From the NCBI GenBank assembly GCA_013239625.1, contig MU054098.1:744001-808000 (forward strand): DNA of 64,000 nucleotides. Direction: 5' to 3'. Under the pieces are notes generated by a model, which saw only the letters and a list, made by a program, of their open reading frames with translations, was not told where the DNA came from and ran no database searches. Position numbers and translations under genes: made by a program. Of this stretch, positions 38,564 to 50,270 are shown one piece after another (position 1 is the stretch's first letter; each line of letters begins with the position of its first letter). This DNA is from Lama guanicoe. Taxonomy: Eukaryota.

Positions 38564-39139
38564 CACAAGCGTCCGGGAGGAAGGCAAGGCAGCGGTCGCC
38601 GCGGCGGCAGCTAGACGAGAAACGGACTCGGCTGCAATCGCCCAGCGGAGCCCGCGGCAGTCAGTGCGCTGCGCTGCGCTGCGCGCCGCAATCTCGCGCC
38701 TCGGCGGAGGGAGGGACGGAGGGAGCTCGGCGCGGTAGCAAGCGCCGGCGAGTCGACCTCCTCCGGGCGACCGTGCGCCCCCGGATAGGTTTGGCTTCTC
38801 TTGCTCCACTATCTTACTCTAGCATAGTAACTGACCACCTCCAGCATCTCTGCACTATTCGCATCTTCTTTCTTCTTCGGTGGCCCCTAACTAACTACAC
38901 TATTCTAAACGGACGAAGGCCATCACGCGAGCACCACGACGATCTCGACGACTCCGACGACAACGGTGTGCCAGAAGAAGGAAGAAAAGTTCATGTGCAA
39001 TCGCAGGTAAGAGACAGGCAGGCCGATGGAGCAGCCAAGGCTGGCAGTCTAGCTGCTCCAATGGCAGGATCGGAAAGATCAGGGCACCCGAGGAGTGGAG
39101 CGTCCTCGGCAAGCACCAGAGCGCCTACCCTGCGCGGGT
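38564..39139 (-). other. HTR2C: HTR2C exon 1 (5'UTR, non-coding); 5' end approximate
   Basis: Minus strand reads ACCCGCGCAGGGTAGGCGCTCTGGTGCTTGCCGAGGACGC...GATGGCCTTCGTCCGTTTAGAATAGTGTAGTTAGTTAGGGGCCA...CTAGCTGCCGCCGCGGCGACCGCTGCC...CCTCCCGGACGCTTGTG, closely matching the recalled human mRNA leader. It is followed by donor GTAAGT (plus acttac 38558-38563). Confidence 0.93.
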
Positions 39140-39285
39140 GAAGCTGCACAGCGCTCTTGGGCTAAACGAGAGATGAGGGGCGGAGCCAAGAGTGGCCAAT
39201 CAGCGCTCAGCATTCCACTGCCCCCGGCCTGTTTGGACCAGTCTCTTGGTGCAACTGGAGCCTACTGGCAGGGGGCGCGAGATGC
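39140..39285 (-). promoter_or_regulatory. HTR2C proximal promoter (no evident TATA box) with GC box and CCAAT box
   Basis: GGGGCGGAG at 39177-39185 and CCAAT (gccaatcag) at 39196-39200, about 40-60 bp upstream of the inferred start of exon 1. Confidence 0.75.
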
Positions 39286-39321
39286 GGTGGTGGTGCTGGT
39301 GGTGGTGGTGGTGATGGTGGT
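39286..39321. repeat. (GGT)12 / (CCA)12 trinucleotide repeat with two interruptions
   Basis: ggt ggt ggt gct ggt ggt ggt ggt ggt gat ggt ggt. Confidence 0.95.
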
Positions 39322-39426
39322 TAACTTGATTCATAAGGTCTGGAGATTGGAGGGAACCAGGGTCAGCCAGGAGGAGAGGGTCCTCAAGAATGTACCATTA
39401 AAGAGTCAAAGAACATCCCTCCCCAA

Positions 39427-39443
39427 ACACACACACACCACAC
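39427..39443. repeat. Short (AC)n/(GT)n promoter microsatellite
   Basis: acacacacacaccacac; position corresponds to the known human HTR2C promoter (GT)n repeat (recalled). Confidence 0.8.
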
Positions 39444-41065
39444 CCTTGAACATTTCAGTTCAACAAACACTTCTCAAGTCTTGGAAGTTCCAACGAGCTT
39501 TGAAAGTCTCTCCCCGACTCCTGTCCCTTTCCCCAGTGGCACAATTGAGGCATTCACAGGGTCAAATTACATTTAGTGCGCAAAGGCCCTGGCCCTGTTT
39601 TAAGGCTCGATTCCCTACCCTTGTCCCCAGCCCCAGATGCAGAGAAGGAAGAAAGTAAAGTCTTTGGCCTTCGTACCCCAAGAGGGCACAGCTTCGTTCC
39701 CTTCTTGAACCCACAAAGCCCAGATAAGTGCTTAGAATGACACCTTGAAGGCTACTCCTTCGGGTTTCTGAGGTGGGGCTGCATCTCTTTTTCCTGCACA
39801 GAGCTTGGGGCCCACAGTCAGCTGGTTGCCCGGCAGCTGCGAGGGCTGCTATGACATGGTCAAGGCAGCAGGGCAAGGGGTGAACCACAAAACTCCCTTT
39901 GGCACTAACTGGAGGCCGAGCCGCAGTCCAGAAAACAGCTCTTCTGGCCGCAGCGCAGAAGAGGGCGGCCAGGGCCACCTTGGCAGAGACGCTTCGGAGG
40001 CACCAAGACCAAGTATAGTAGTGGAGGTGCTCCCACCGCGAAGGAGGGCAGAGCAGATTCCTTAAGTTCCGGCAGAGGATTGGTGGCACTGTACCGAGGG
40101 CCATGGGTACAAGTGGGAACTGGCTCCCAGCCAGTCCGAGGTATCTGGACCTAAGAAAGAGATCGAGACTCTGGTTCTGCTACTTGGTACCGGTCGGCAG
40201 AGCAGCGATTATATGGTAGAGGCTACGTGGAGGCCGTGCAGCAGATTGGTGGCTCGAAACCCATAGATCGCAGAAGGGAAGGGAGCTGCCCCTCTGGGGA
40301 CTGTTTGTCTCAGTAGCTCCAAAAGTTAGGGATGGGGAAGGAGGTGGGAGCATTGATAAGTAATGATCAGGTTCCTTACTTATTCTATGTCACTACTCTC
40401 TGTGCCTTGGTTTCCCGATTTGTAAACGGAACTTTTTGTTTTAGTCCGATAGGGGCATTCGGGAATCCTTCGATTCCCTCCATCCCCACTGAATTGAGAC
40501 ACTTTGCAGGGCTCTGAAATTTAATTTGGCAGTGAGCATACTGTCCACACCCAAGTTCTGTTTCTCAAAGCAAAATCCTTCGCAGTTTTCTTGAAGCATC
40601 TGTTGAATGCTACTGTATGATGCCGCACAGGTGGCGCCGACTGCGCTGCCAAGTTCACGGACTGCTCAACGCTCGCATCTTTAGAAATGCTTTGTTAGCC
40701 AATAGTAATTTATAAATATCGGAGAGAAAAAAAGTGTCTTCATTTTAAATAATTAAGCATTCATCTTAAAAAATTTCCCGTGTTCTCTTTTTCTATCCTC
40801 GTGAGCACGGAATGTTTCGTCCTGACTTGCCTGGCGGGACTTAACATTTATTTTGTCGGAGGCTGAGACGTTGGTTATACTGAAAGAAGAAACATGCTAA
40901 TATTAATCCCTGTAATATATTGGCTAAGACACAACAGATTCTGTTGAGCCGAGAGAGAGATAGCATCCTCCGAAGCCGGGGACCTTTTCACTCTCACCAG
41001 CTCCCGGGGGAACCGGCTTAGAGCCACTGACCGCAATAACAATGACGAGGATAGGGTGGATGAGG

Positions 41066-41086
41066 ATAATAATAATAATTATTATA

Positions 41087-41119
<33 letters not shown>

Positions 41120-41122
41120 TCA
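41066..41122. repeat. Compound (AAT)n-(TAT)n-(TGT)n-(CAT)n microsatellite
   Basis: Directly visible. Confidence 0.9.
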
Positions 41123-41199
41123 AGATCATTACTACACAGCTCGCTCTTTAAGCTGTTCTCTCTCTCCTAGAAAAACAGAAGTGCCAAAGAGACCTAGGG

Positions 41200-41640
41200 T
41201 GAAGCCCACTCAGGGAATGGGAAGGTTCCCGGTGCCGCAGAGAGACAGTTAGCTAGCCCGGCGGCGGACTGAAGCGCGCCCGGGCTTCCGAATCGGGGTA
41301 GACACACAGCAGGCAAATTCGCCTTTGAGCGGCGCTCGCTGAGCGGCTGGGAGCCGATAAGGCTGAGCCAGAGCCGGGGACGCAGCCGGGCTCGGGGCGC
41401 CGGGTTCAGCCCGGAGCGCTGGCTCCGCTCTCCCGTCCTGGCGGCGCAGACAGCCTCTTTGGGTTCTCTAGGAGGCCGACTGGCCGAGCGCTGGCGAATC
41501 CGACGGGTTTTAGAGGTTTTGGCGACTCTAGTCCGGAGTATATGGTGTTGGGAGAAGTCTAGGGCGCACTTTAAGATCAGGCAAGTAAATTCAGAACAAG
41601 TACATGCCAGCGCTCTCTGTCGTCGCCAAAGAGGTTTTCT
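41200..41640. promoter_or_regulatory. Second, upstream CpG-rich segment
   Basis: Dense CpGs (e.g. gccggggacgcagccggggctcggggcgccggg), separated from the main island by an AT-richer spacer. Confidence 0.6.
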
Positions 41641-43599
41641 CGAATCCCTGCCTGAAGTGTACTGGGGAATCAGCCCAAAGACTTCATGGCTTTCCCGTCC
41701 CTTCCTTATGAAAGTTGTCCCTGGAACGAGGAGTCACTTACTGTGAAATCCTCGGGTTTGATGAAAATCCCCAGGGCACCCTCCCCACCCCCCCCAACAC
41801 AGTTTCCAATAACTCGCCCATTTTCTAAGAATATAGACCTGATTTTGTAACTTTCGAGCCAGCAGAATTTCCCCCCACCTCAAATACATACCTTTCTAAA
41901 ACTACTGATTTAAAAATTCAGGGGAAAAAGGAAGATTGTTACTAAGTAGGAAAAAATTTCTCATCATTTAGGATTTGGGGAACTTATTAATAATAGTTAA
42001 CGACTGGAAAAGTTTCTCAGAAAGACCTATTTTAACAAACCTAAAAGATTATATAGACTGTGATCCATTAAAAAAACAGACTGACCAGGTCCTAGAAAAA
42101 TACTCCAAGGCAGTTATTTTGCAGAGAAAAAGTATCTACACAAAAATTCTATCTGGACATCCCCACCCCTGCCCCCCAATGTTTACCACAGTACATAAAT
42201 GCAAGGCATTTTGATATTTTCACCCAATTTTTTTTCAGTTTTAAAATAAATCCTGAGAGCCAGAGGTTTTCTTTTTTCTTTTTTGGTAATTATACAATTG
42301 TATAAAATAATGTTTTTAGCATTTCATAATTTTCTTAACCAGAAAAACCCAGGATCATATCCATAATGTCCATCACTGCGCTATGATATACCTTCAATAA
42401 ACTTTCATAATATTTTAAGCAGCAAATTTCTCTGTTACTATTTCTCAAGCAGGGTCATTGAATAGGAAAAAAAAACTTAGATACAGATGGCTCATTATAC
42501 ACGAAGTCTTTTCAAAGTTGATAGGATTATTTTTAATGAAAAACAAAGCAGTTGATCTCTATGTGCTGTGTAGGAAGGTAGGGGGCAGTCTGTGATCGAG
42601 TCAGCCTTTCTCTGAGTGCAACTTCTTTTTGGAAAGATCCCCTGTTTTAGCGAAAAACAACCATCAGCTCTGGTTCTCTGATACCCTCACCGATGGGAGG
42701 AGACAGAAACTGAAAACTCTTTGATAGGATTTGGAAGGTCCCATCTACATAGTTTTACCACTTTTTGGAATAAATGAGTATATTAAGATTAAAAACTGGT
42801 GCTTAATTTCTTTTAAAACAAATGTTACTGAGTTAATTTAATTGTATCTGACATTCTTGTAGTTGTAGCTTCTAGTAATCAAATATATATTTAAAATACA
42901 TTATTTACATGTAAGCTTGAGCAGGGAAAGGCATAGAATCTAGCAGCCTCACCAAGGAGGAGAAAAAACTAGAAGCTACCTAGATGTCATTTCTTTAGAG
43001 AAATATGTGTTGTCATGGAGCACGTTCATGCTATGATGACTGCATCTTATATAATGGTATGCATTTCAGTCTTCCAGCATAGAATGAGAAAGATGACACT
43101 TAGGACCTTTTCTTTAAATTAAACTAAGATTGAAAGGCCAGGGCAACATGATTTTTTCCTTTATTCCTAGCTTAAGGCTATTAGGTCCCTGAACTAGCAT
43201 TTTTGCTACTTCCATATCTTATTCTGACTCTTTTAGACCGCGTTGATTTCGACTCCACATTTCTGTAGTAATTAGGGTTTTTTACCGTGCAACAAAACAT
43301 CCGCTTGTTTGAGAGTCATCTCTAAAGTAATGGGCTTGGTTTTCTTGGTCTATAAAACAACCTTATCACATAATTTCAAATAAGGCACATCTACTTGCTT
43401 TGCTATCTAATTTCTTCTTTTTGTAAGAACTATCCTCAACCAAATTAAAAGTATTTCAGGGGCAAGGATTTAGGCATACTCTTTCCTTCATACCCTTTGT
43501 TCTCATCTAGCCTAATACTGGGCACAATGATAACTACCCATCATTGACACAAAAGCGGTAAGGATGAAAGTCGAGAAGGACAGGGCTGCTAAAACTTGA

Positions 43600-44460
43600 A
43601 TTTCTCAATGACCTGAATATAAATATAGAAGTTATTTTACCAAATTGGCCCATCACGCAAAGATATCATGAAAATTTGAACTGATCCAGATGAAACTTAA
43701 TAGAAATAAATTTGAGATGATGAACTTTGGGTACCAAAATTCTCTGCACAAATCTGGGTCACAGAAGAAGGAAACACTTGGTGGATTTTTGTTGGCATCA
43801 GGATAACCAAGTCCTCAGTGTGATATGATATGTTAGCCAGGAAACATTACCTTGGGTTTTTGCAACTTTCATAGAAAGAGTCAGGATATAATTAAGCTCT
43901 TTTTGGTGCTCCCAGGTATTTATTTTAAGAATGAAATTAGTAGATTGGAGTCTATCTACAAGCACGTTCAGGTCAGTAGGGGGCTTGAATCATGTTATAT
44001 GATGAACTATGGCTTTGTATCCTCTGGAACACAAGCTTCTTGGGATATATGCTAGCTGACTTGAAATATTTGAGGGTTTTTTTTTATGGGAAAAGGTCAG
44101 CATTTATATGTCATTTGTATTTGTTTCCTCAGTGCCCAGCACAGTGTCTGACACAAATTAGATATTAAATAAATATTTGTGAACTGAAGGAAACTATAGG
44201 CACAAGAGAATGAAACTGGCATTAGTGGTGGAGCCTACAGAATCTGGCTCTATAGGAGGATTTTATAGCATTTAGAACTGGTCAAAATCGGAGTGAGCTG
44301 TTTCTGGAGGTAGCGAGTTCTCCAGCATCGGAGTATTCAACCCTATACAGGTTAATCGCTTCACGGGGATGTTACAAAGCAGAGTCATGGGTGAGGAAAG
44401 GAAAAAAATCAAGTAGCTAATGAATGACATTTAAAGCTCTTTCGAATCCTAAATCTTACA
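43600..44460 (+). mobile_element. L3/CR1 LINE remnant (interrupted by an L2 tail near 44110-44190)
   Basis: CR1-like segments TGAAACTTAATAGAAATAAAT... and GGAGGTAGCGAGTTCTCCAGCATCGGAGTATTCAA. Confidence 0.55.
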
Positions 44461-44749
44461 GAGTCCATAAATGCTGTCTCAATCAAGTTTTAGGGGATAG
44501 AGTATTGAATCTCCTGAAAAACAAACACTGAGGCAGTTACGCACTGCAGGCCTGCCACAGATGCAGCTTTGCTGCAGGAAAGAGGCAGCTTCTTACCAAG
44601 TCCACAAGGTGCTTTTGCTGAGCCCGGTGCACTTACTAGCTCGTGACTTCCATGGAAAATAAGCTCTGGGAAGCTTATTATCATGAAGCAACAGTATTAT
44701 GTTGGGATACTAATATTCTTTGTAACTCTAGAATACTATACAAAACTGA

Positions 44750-44843
44750 TCAAACTACTATATATAAAATAGATAAGCAACAAGGATATATTGTATAGCA
44801 CTGGGAATGATAGCCATTATCTTGTAATAACTTTTAATGGAAT
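44750..44843 (+). mobile_element. Short L1 3'UTR fragment (artiodactyl-type)
   Basis: AAACTACTATATATAAAATAGATAAGCAACAAGGATATATTGTATAGCACTGGGAA; similar to 25155-25240. Confidence 0.7.
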
Positions 44844-47800
44844 TCGTTTTTGATTAACCTGTATAATATGTGTGCATGGACTTTAGTCTTCTCTAGTAAC
44901 ATCTTTGCCTAAGACTCTTGAGATTTGCACAAAGAAAATTTTCACTAATAACTGGCATAGAGAACAATTTGAAACATACCTGAGAATAATGTTTTGGGAA
45001 GCTTCTTTTGTTTCCCTATTAATCATTTTATGTAACTGAACAAATTGGCAAGAATTTCAGGCACACTACTGTACCAAAGATACGTTTGAACTAAGTCTGA
45101 TCATACCATTATTTTATGTCAAAAGTGATATAGTTCACTAAGATATGATAAATCGGAGTAAAGAATAAGTTACAGACTAAGCTCAGATCAAGGTTAGAAC
45201 CTAAAGTTAAGGAGTTTGGAAAATATGTACCTTATCATGCCATCTTTGTATAACCGAGTGACCTGCTTTTATTTGATTCTATTCTTTTATTCTTGTCCCA
45301 AGAGTTATTATACATTATTCGTTCAGAGCTGCCAGATTTTTTTTAAATATAGAATTTAAATTAATATTCAAAATGTTTTCTGAAACTCAATAAATGATTT
45401 TATCATCACGTAAAGCTGCATTACAAGTGAGGCCGCTTGTTCAGTATGATGTAAAGTTAAGCTTAGTTCAGAGAGCTGTTGTTTCTTGATTTCCCTGAGG
45501 CTGCAATGAACACATTACACGTTAAATAGACATATACCATAACTCCAATACGCATGGGAGCCAAGCACACATCTCAAAGGTGGAAAAGAGTTCTTTAAAC
45601 TAGAATTTGTAATTCAAAACAGGAGGGAAAAAAGCTTGAGTTTATAAATCTTTTTGAATGTTTTTAACAGTTGCCTTACAGATGGGATAACAAAGATAAA
45701 AAGGAATTTACTTATCACTAATGTTTGAAATATGGCACTTTTTCTCTCTAAAGTTCCTTTATTGAAAACTTTCAGTATTTTTGAAAAAGATAAAATTTTC
45801 CTTTTTGTGTATATTCATTAGACAAGAATATGAATAATGAAGTCTACATTTTACTGTAAGATACTCCCTAACAGAAAAACCTTGAACATAAAATTTTAAG
45901 CAATAATCAATTTCACTACAGAACTCACACAGCTATGTAATTTTTGTTTTGCCTGATACCTGTACCATCCACAATAAACAACATAATCAACTGAGTTTAA
46001 TTCATTTGCATAACATGGCTTGTGAACTCCATATCCCACATTATAACTCATCTTTGGTATCAAATTTGCCAAAGGGGGTTTGGCAAACCCTTAACGTCTG
46101 CCATCTCCTACAGATAAGGTATACTGGAAGATACCAGCTTTAGCATAGCAGAACCAGACCAACTATTAACAACACACTGCCACCACCACTAATCTCATCA
46201 TCTTTTCCATCATCATCACTGGGAAGCTGGCTGACAAAAATTACTTGGTTGATTGATAAGCACCAATCATTTGCTTTGTTGATGGGAAGTTCTCTTTGTC
46301 CGACTTTGCTCCTCTCTCATCTCATTGTGACATATTTAGATATAACTAATACCTGTATCATTCCCCTATGTTAGTGATCTCCCTTCTCTCAAAAAAGCTT
46401 CACTTGTAATGGAAATAGAGCAAACTGAAGGATATTTTCTTACCCATCCTACTATGAATAACCTATTAACTATGCTTACTTAATAAAATCGGACTGTATT
46501 GGTACATATAAAGCAGGCTCTGTCATAGACTGTAATATTAAATCAAAGAAATGATTTCTCCTCACCAACTACTAAATCTTTACACATTTCAATGCCTGGA
46601 ACAATACTAGTTTACTCAAGCTCATGCTTTGAAGGTGAGTGACGGCAAATGTCATCTTTTAGGACTAAAGGAAAAAAAAATCTTAACTAAAATATTTCCT
46701 TATCACCAAAATTTTATATACTTTTTATTTATGGACAAGTTTTAAAATCCTTCATTCTTTCAAAGTAGAGTTAAATTTGAAGCAAAAGCCAGTACAGCAA
46801 TGACTAGATGCCTATTGTTATGTAATGAGAGTCCTGGAGCAGAACTGCCTGAGTAGAAATTGATTTTCTGGCTTCTTGATTTTTGAAGTCACATCATTTT
46901 ACTATTTGGGCATCTTCTAGTCATTAGTAGGAAAATGATAGTAAAAATCTTTTCTAGATCATCTTGTAGTTGAGAGTAATTAATGAATGCTTATACTGCT
47001 GGTAGAGCAAAGCTTGGGGGCAAGATTTGCCAGAGCATTCAGCTTTGTTGGCTTTCTGTTTGGTCAGTGATCTTCATCTACTAAGATATGATACAAAAAT
47101 AAACCTTTATCTTTTAGACTGTTATACACAGTAACAAAAAAAAAAGCTGCTGAATTGAGGATGGTTTAATCTATCATTGTTATCTTTGTCTATGCATTTC
47201 CGACTTTATGATGACTTCAATCTTTTTGTCAATATAACTGAGCTGAAGTTCAAAAGACACAAGGAAGGAAGTTAAAGATGAAGAGAAGTACTGATCATTA
47301 TATTATTTCAAGGCAGATGACACAGTGGGAAGCAGCATCTTCATTGCCTGGTTTGATTACAAAATATTGTGGCTGGATTATATCAATAATCCTGATTTGC
47401 TGAGAGGTTTTTTTTTTGTCTGTTTTTTGATTTTGTAATCAAGTAATATGGCATTTAAAAATTCCCAACAGAGTTATATGCAATTCCACTCTTCAGAGAA
47501 AAAAAATCCCAACAGAACATATACATCTAAAAATAATTGTTTGCGTTTCAAAGACTAGACACTTATTTCAATGATTCATCAAAATATTTCTTAACATCTC
47601 TTTTGAAATTGCCTTAAGAATCTATGATACATTCTTCCGAATTTTTGGAAATATTGTAACGTCATTAACTGTTATGTCTGGCGATTAAAGTTTTACGACC
47701 CTAAGTTTTATCAAGTTAAGAAAAGACACATGACCTTAAAACTCATGGGAGGAGCAACAACAACAACAAAAAAAGCCTTGCTTATGTAATTTATTGATAG

Positions 47801-50270
47801 TGACAATTTATCCCAAAGTAGGCAAGAGTTTTCTTCTATTTGTTCTACCTCCTTATGTCTGCTCTAGTAGAAACTTAAGATGTAAGTTTTCCTGGAGTTT
47901 GCAGTCAACAATGATAACACTCAAAAATTGAAGCAAGAAACCCATATCGCTGATCTGGCTGTTAACTAAAACTGGAATAAGTACATCTCCTCATACTCCC
48001 CCTTTCAGAAGAATGAATGAATTAATAATATAAATTAGAACTGCTGAGCCCTACTCAGCATTAACTTACATGCTGTGTACCCTGAAATATTTATAACTTC
48101 ACAGTGGAACCACGACTAGCAATCCTTTAAATTTGAGGGCTTTAAAAAATTGTGAAAATGTGTCGAAGAACCTAAAGTATGTATATGATCTCTCACAAAG
48201 CTAATTAATAAGGTTACTTAAGAAAGCTTTTACATTAGGAAAAAATGAGCACTAGGTAATTTAGTGACCGAATCCAAAATTAATACACAAACTGACTTAC
48301 AGTTTTGATACTGACAATGCTGGCTGTCTGTTCATTGCATTTAGAATGAAAAAGAGGCTTGGAGTTAAAGAACATTATTGGCTTTATTACAGAGGCATTT
48401 TCTCTGAAAAAGTCACCTCTGTGTTATTGCAGACAGTGTACCACAATTCAATCATCTCTACTCTTAAAAAACTGTAAGTGCTTCACTTCTTACTTTGTTG
48501 CAAAGTCTCAGATCTGACTGCTTATCTAAGGAAGCTAAAATATATACCACGTGATACCAAAATGATGATTAGAGAGAGAGAGTTTGATCAGGTACCAGAT
48601 TAAAATGCAAATCAAAGTAGACAGGGCCTTATTATAGACGAAATGCAATCTATTACTTTATAAAAAAGAAATGTGAACTTCAAAAATCATTAAAATGAAG
48701 AATACTAAATTATCAAAAACCTTCTCCTTTTCTTATTCTGACGTGTATACTAATGACTGCTGGTGTAGACCTTGGCTTTACTGGTTTTATAATGTGTCTT
48801 ACTACACTGGGAATTGCATTGTGAAATATTTTGGAAATGCAGTAATTCTTAGTAAAATTGGAAACCTTGTTGGAGTCTCCTGACCATTTGAAAAGTAGAG
48901 CTTTATGATAATTTTTCTTTTTTGAAGATAATTTAATTTTTAAGTTATGGCTGTTAGACTTGACAACATTCTCCTGAGCTAGTTATAAAGTTGTGTCCCT
49001 TTCTCCCTTGAAGTCAACACTACACAAGGAGCAGCAGCAATGTTTCATTTGTGTTCTCTTTATTGGCGCATAAAGTTTATAATTAATTTTCCAAATTTAA
49101 TATTGGAGATGATTGGAAAAAATTTTTTTCGGGCATTGCAATCAACCCATATGACAACCTAACCTTCCATTAACGTTGTATTTCCACACATAGAGGCTAT
49201 AAAGTCTGATGTATTGAAAGATTTGTGTTGATGTAAAGCCTTTCTCAGAAGAATTGAACATTAAGTTTCTTATTTTCCTTAATATGGATAAGATCTATAA
49301 AATTTAGTGAAAATTCTTAGCTATAGAATATTCACCAGAAAATAATTACAGAAGAAAATGTGTCACTCTTCCCAAACAAAAGCTCTAAAATCTTGGTATC
49401 CCTAACCCCTATGATAAACTCTCTAATGATCAGGGCAAAAGTCAAATCTGTCCAAATTGGATGGTGAATCAATTGGATGTTAAATATCAGAAACTTCAGA
49501 TGAATCACTCTGGTAATTTAAGAGAAGCTGAAGTTAAAATTTCCGTGTCTACATACAGTGCCAATCACATTTAAACACCTCTAAGGAGGGAAAGCAAAAC
49601 TTCAATACCTTTGCTATATTTTCAAGATACGAAGTGTGTGACTGTTCACATAGTCTTATTTTGAGATTGATTTCAGGAAGTGGAAACTCCAATTTGAACT
49701 TGAAATGGTTTCTGTTGATGTAGTCTTCCATTTATGATTCCATTCACTGTTCCCTTTTTAAAACTTTATGGCGTCTTTACTTCTACATTGCCTTTGAGGG
49801 TGATTTTTGCATTTTCTCTCTTATTTTCCCCTAGCTTCAGATTTAAACTCAGAAAGAAGAAGGTAAGTAATTGGAGCTCTAGAGACCACCTGGGGCAATG
49901 TTAATTCATTCTTATTTAATAAACGTTTGACTCACTTTCCTCCTGTATCTGCTCTCTTCTGTACTCACTCCCCTTGCCCTCCAAATGATGACAGGGAAAG
50001 AAAATGAAGCAGCTGGCCTTTTTATTTTTATATAGCTTTACAGATACTAACAGTTAAACCTAGATCATTTGTAATCACCTAGATTTGACTTAGAAAAAAT
50101 CCTCACATGTAAAATGTCTTTCATGTGCTTGAAAAGTTTGTTGAAATCATCTTTATCTTTAAATTTCTAAAACATAGCTGACAATTTTAATTTCTTCTGA
50201 AACCAGAGCTCCATTGTTCCCTCTAAGGGGACTCAAATTTTTTCCTATTACTATAAAACATGGTTTCTAA

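Larger units (their letters stand above)
1..39139 (-). other. HTR2C: 5' portion of HTR2C (5-HT2C serotonin receptor) transcription unit: exon 1, intron 1, exon 2, start of intron 2; coding exons lie beyond position 1
   Basis: Two blocks match the recalled human HTR2C 5'UTR in correct order and orientation with canonical GT-AG boundaries. The known intron-2 resident SNORA35 lies downstream of exon 2. Confidence 0.95.
38100..40270. promoter_or_regulatory. CpG island spanning HTR2C promoter and exon 1
   Basis: Sharp rise in GC and CpG density against an AT-rich, CpG-depleted background; overlaps exon 1. Boundaries estimated by eye. Confidence 0.85.

Noticed and set aside
38530..39141. 203-aa plus-strand ORF
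   Set aside because: Starts at a non-ATG codon, lies antisense to HTR2C exon 1 in a stop-poor GC-rich island, has low-complexity R/S/A/G composition and no recognisable domain.
37675..40104. Other 80-190 aa ORFs around the CpG island (37675-38055, 37983-38477, 38105-38614, 39095-39658, 39562-40104)
   Set aside because: Overlap on both strands, some span the N gap, and none resembles a known protein; expected by chance in GC-rich DNA.
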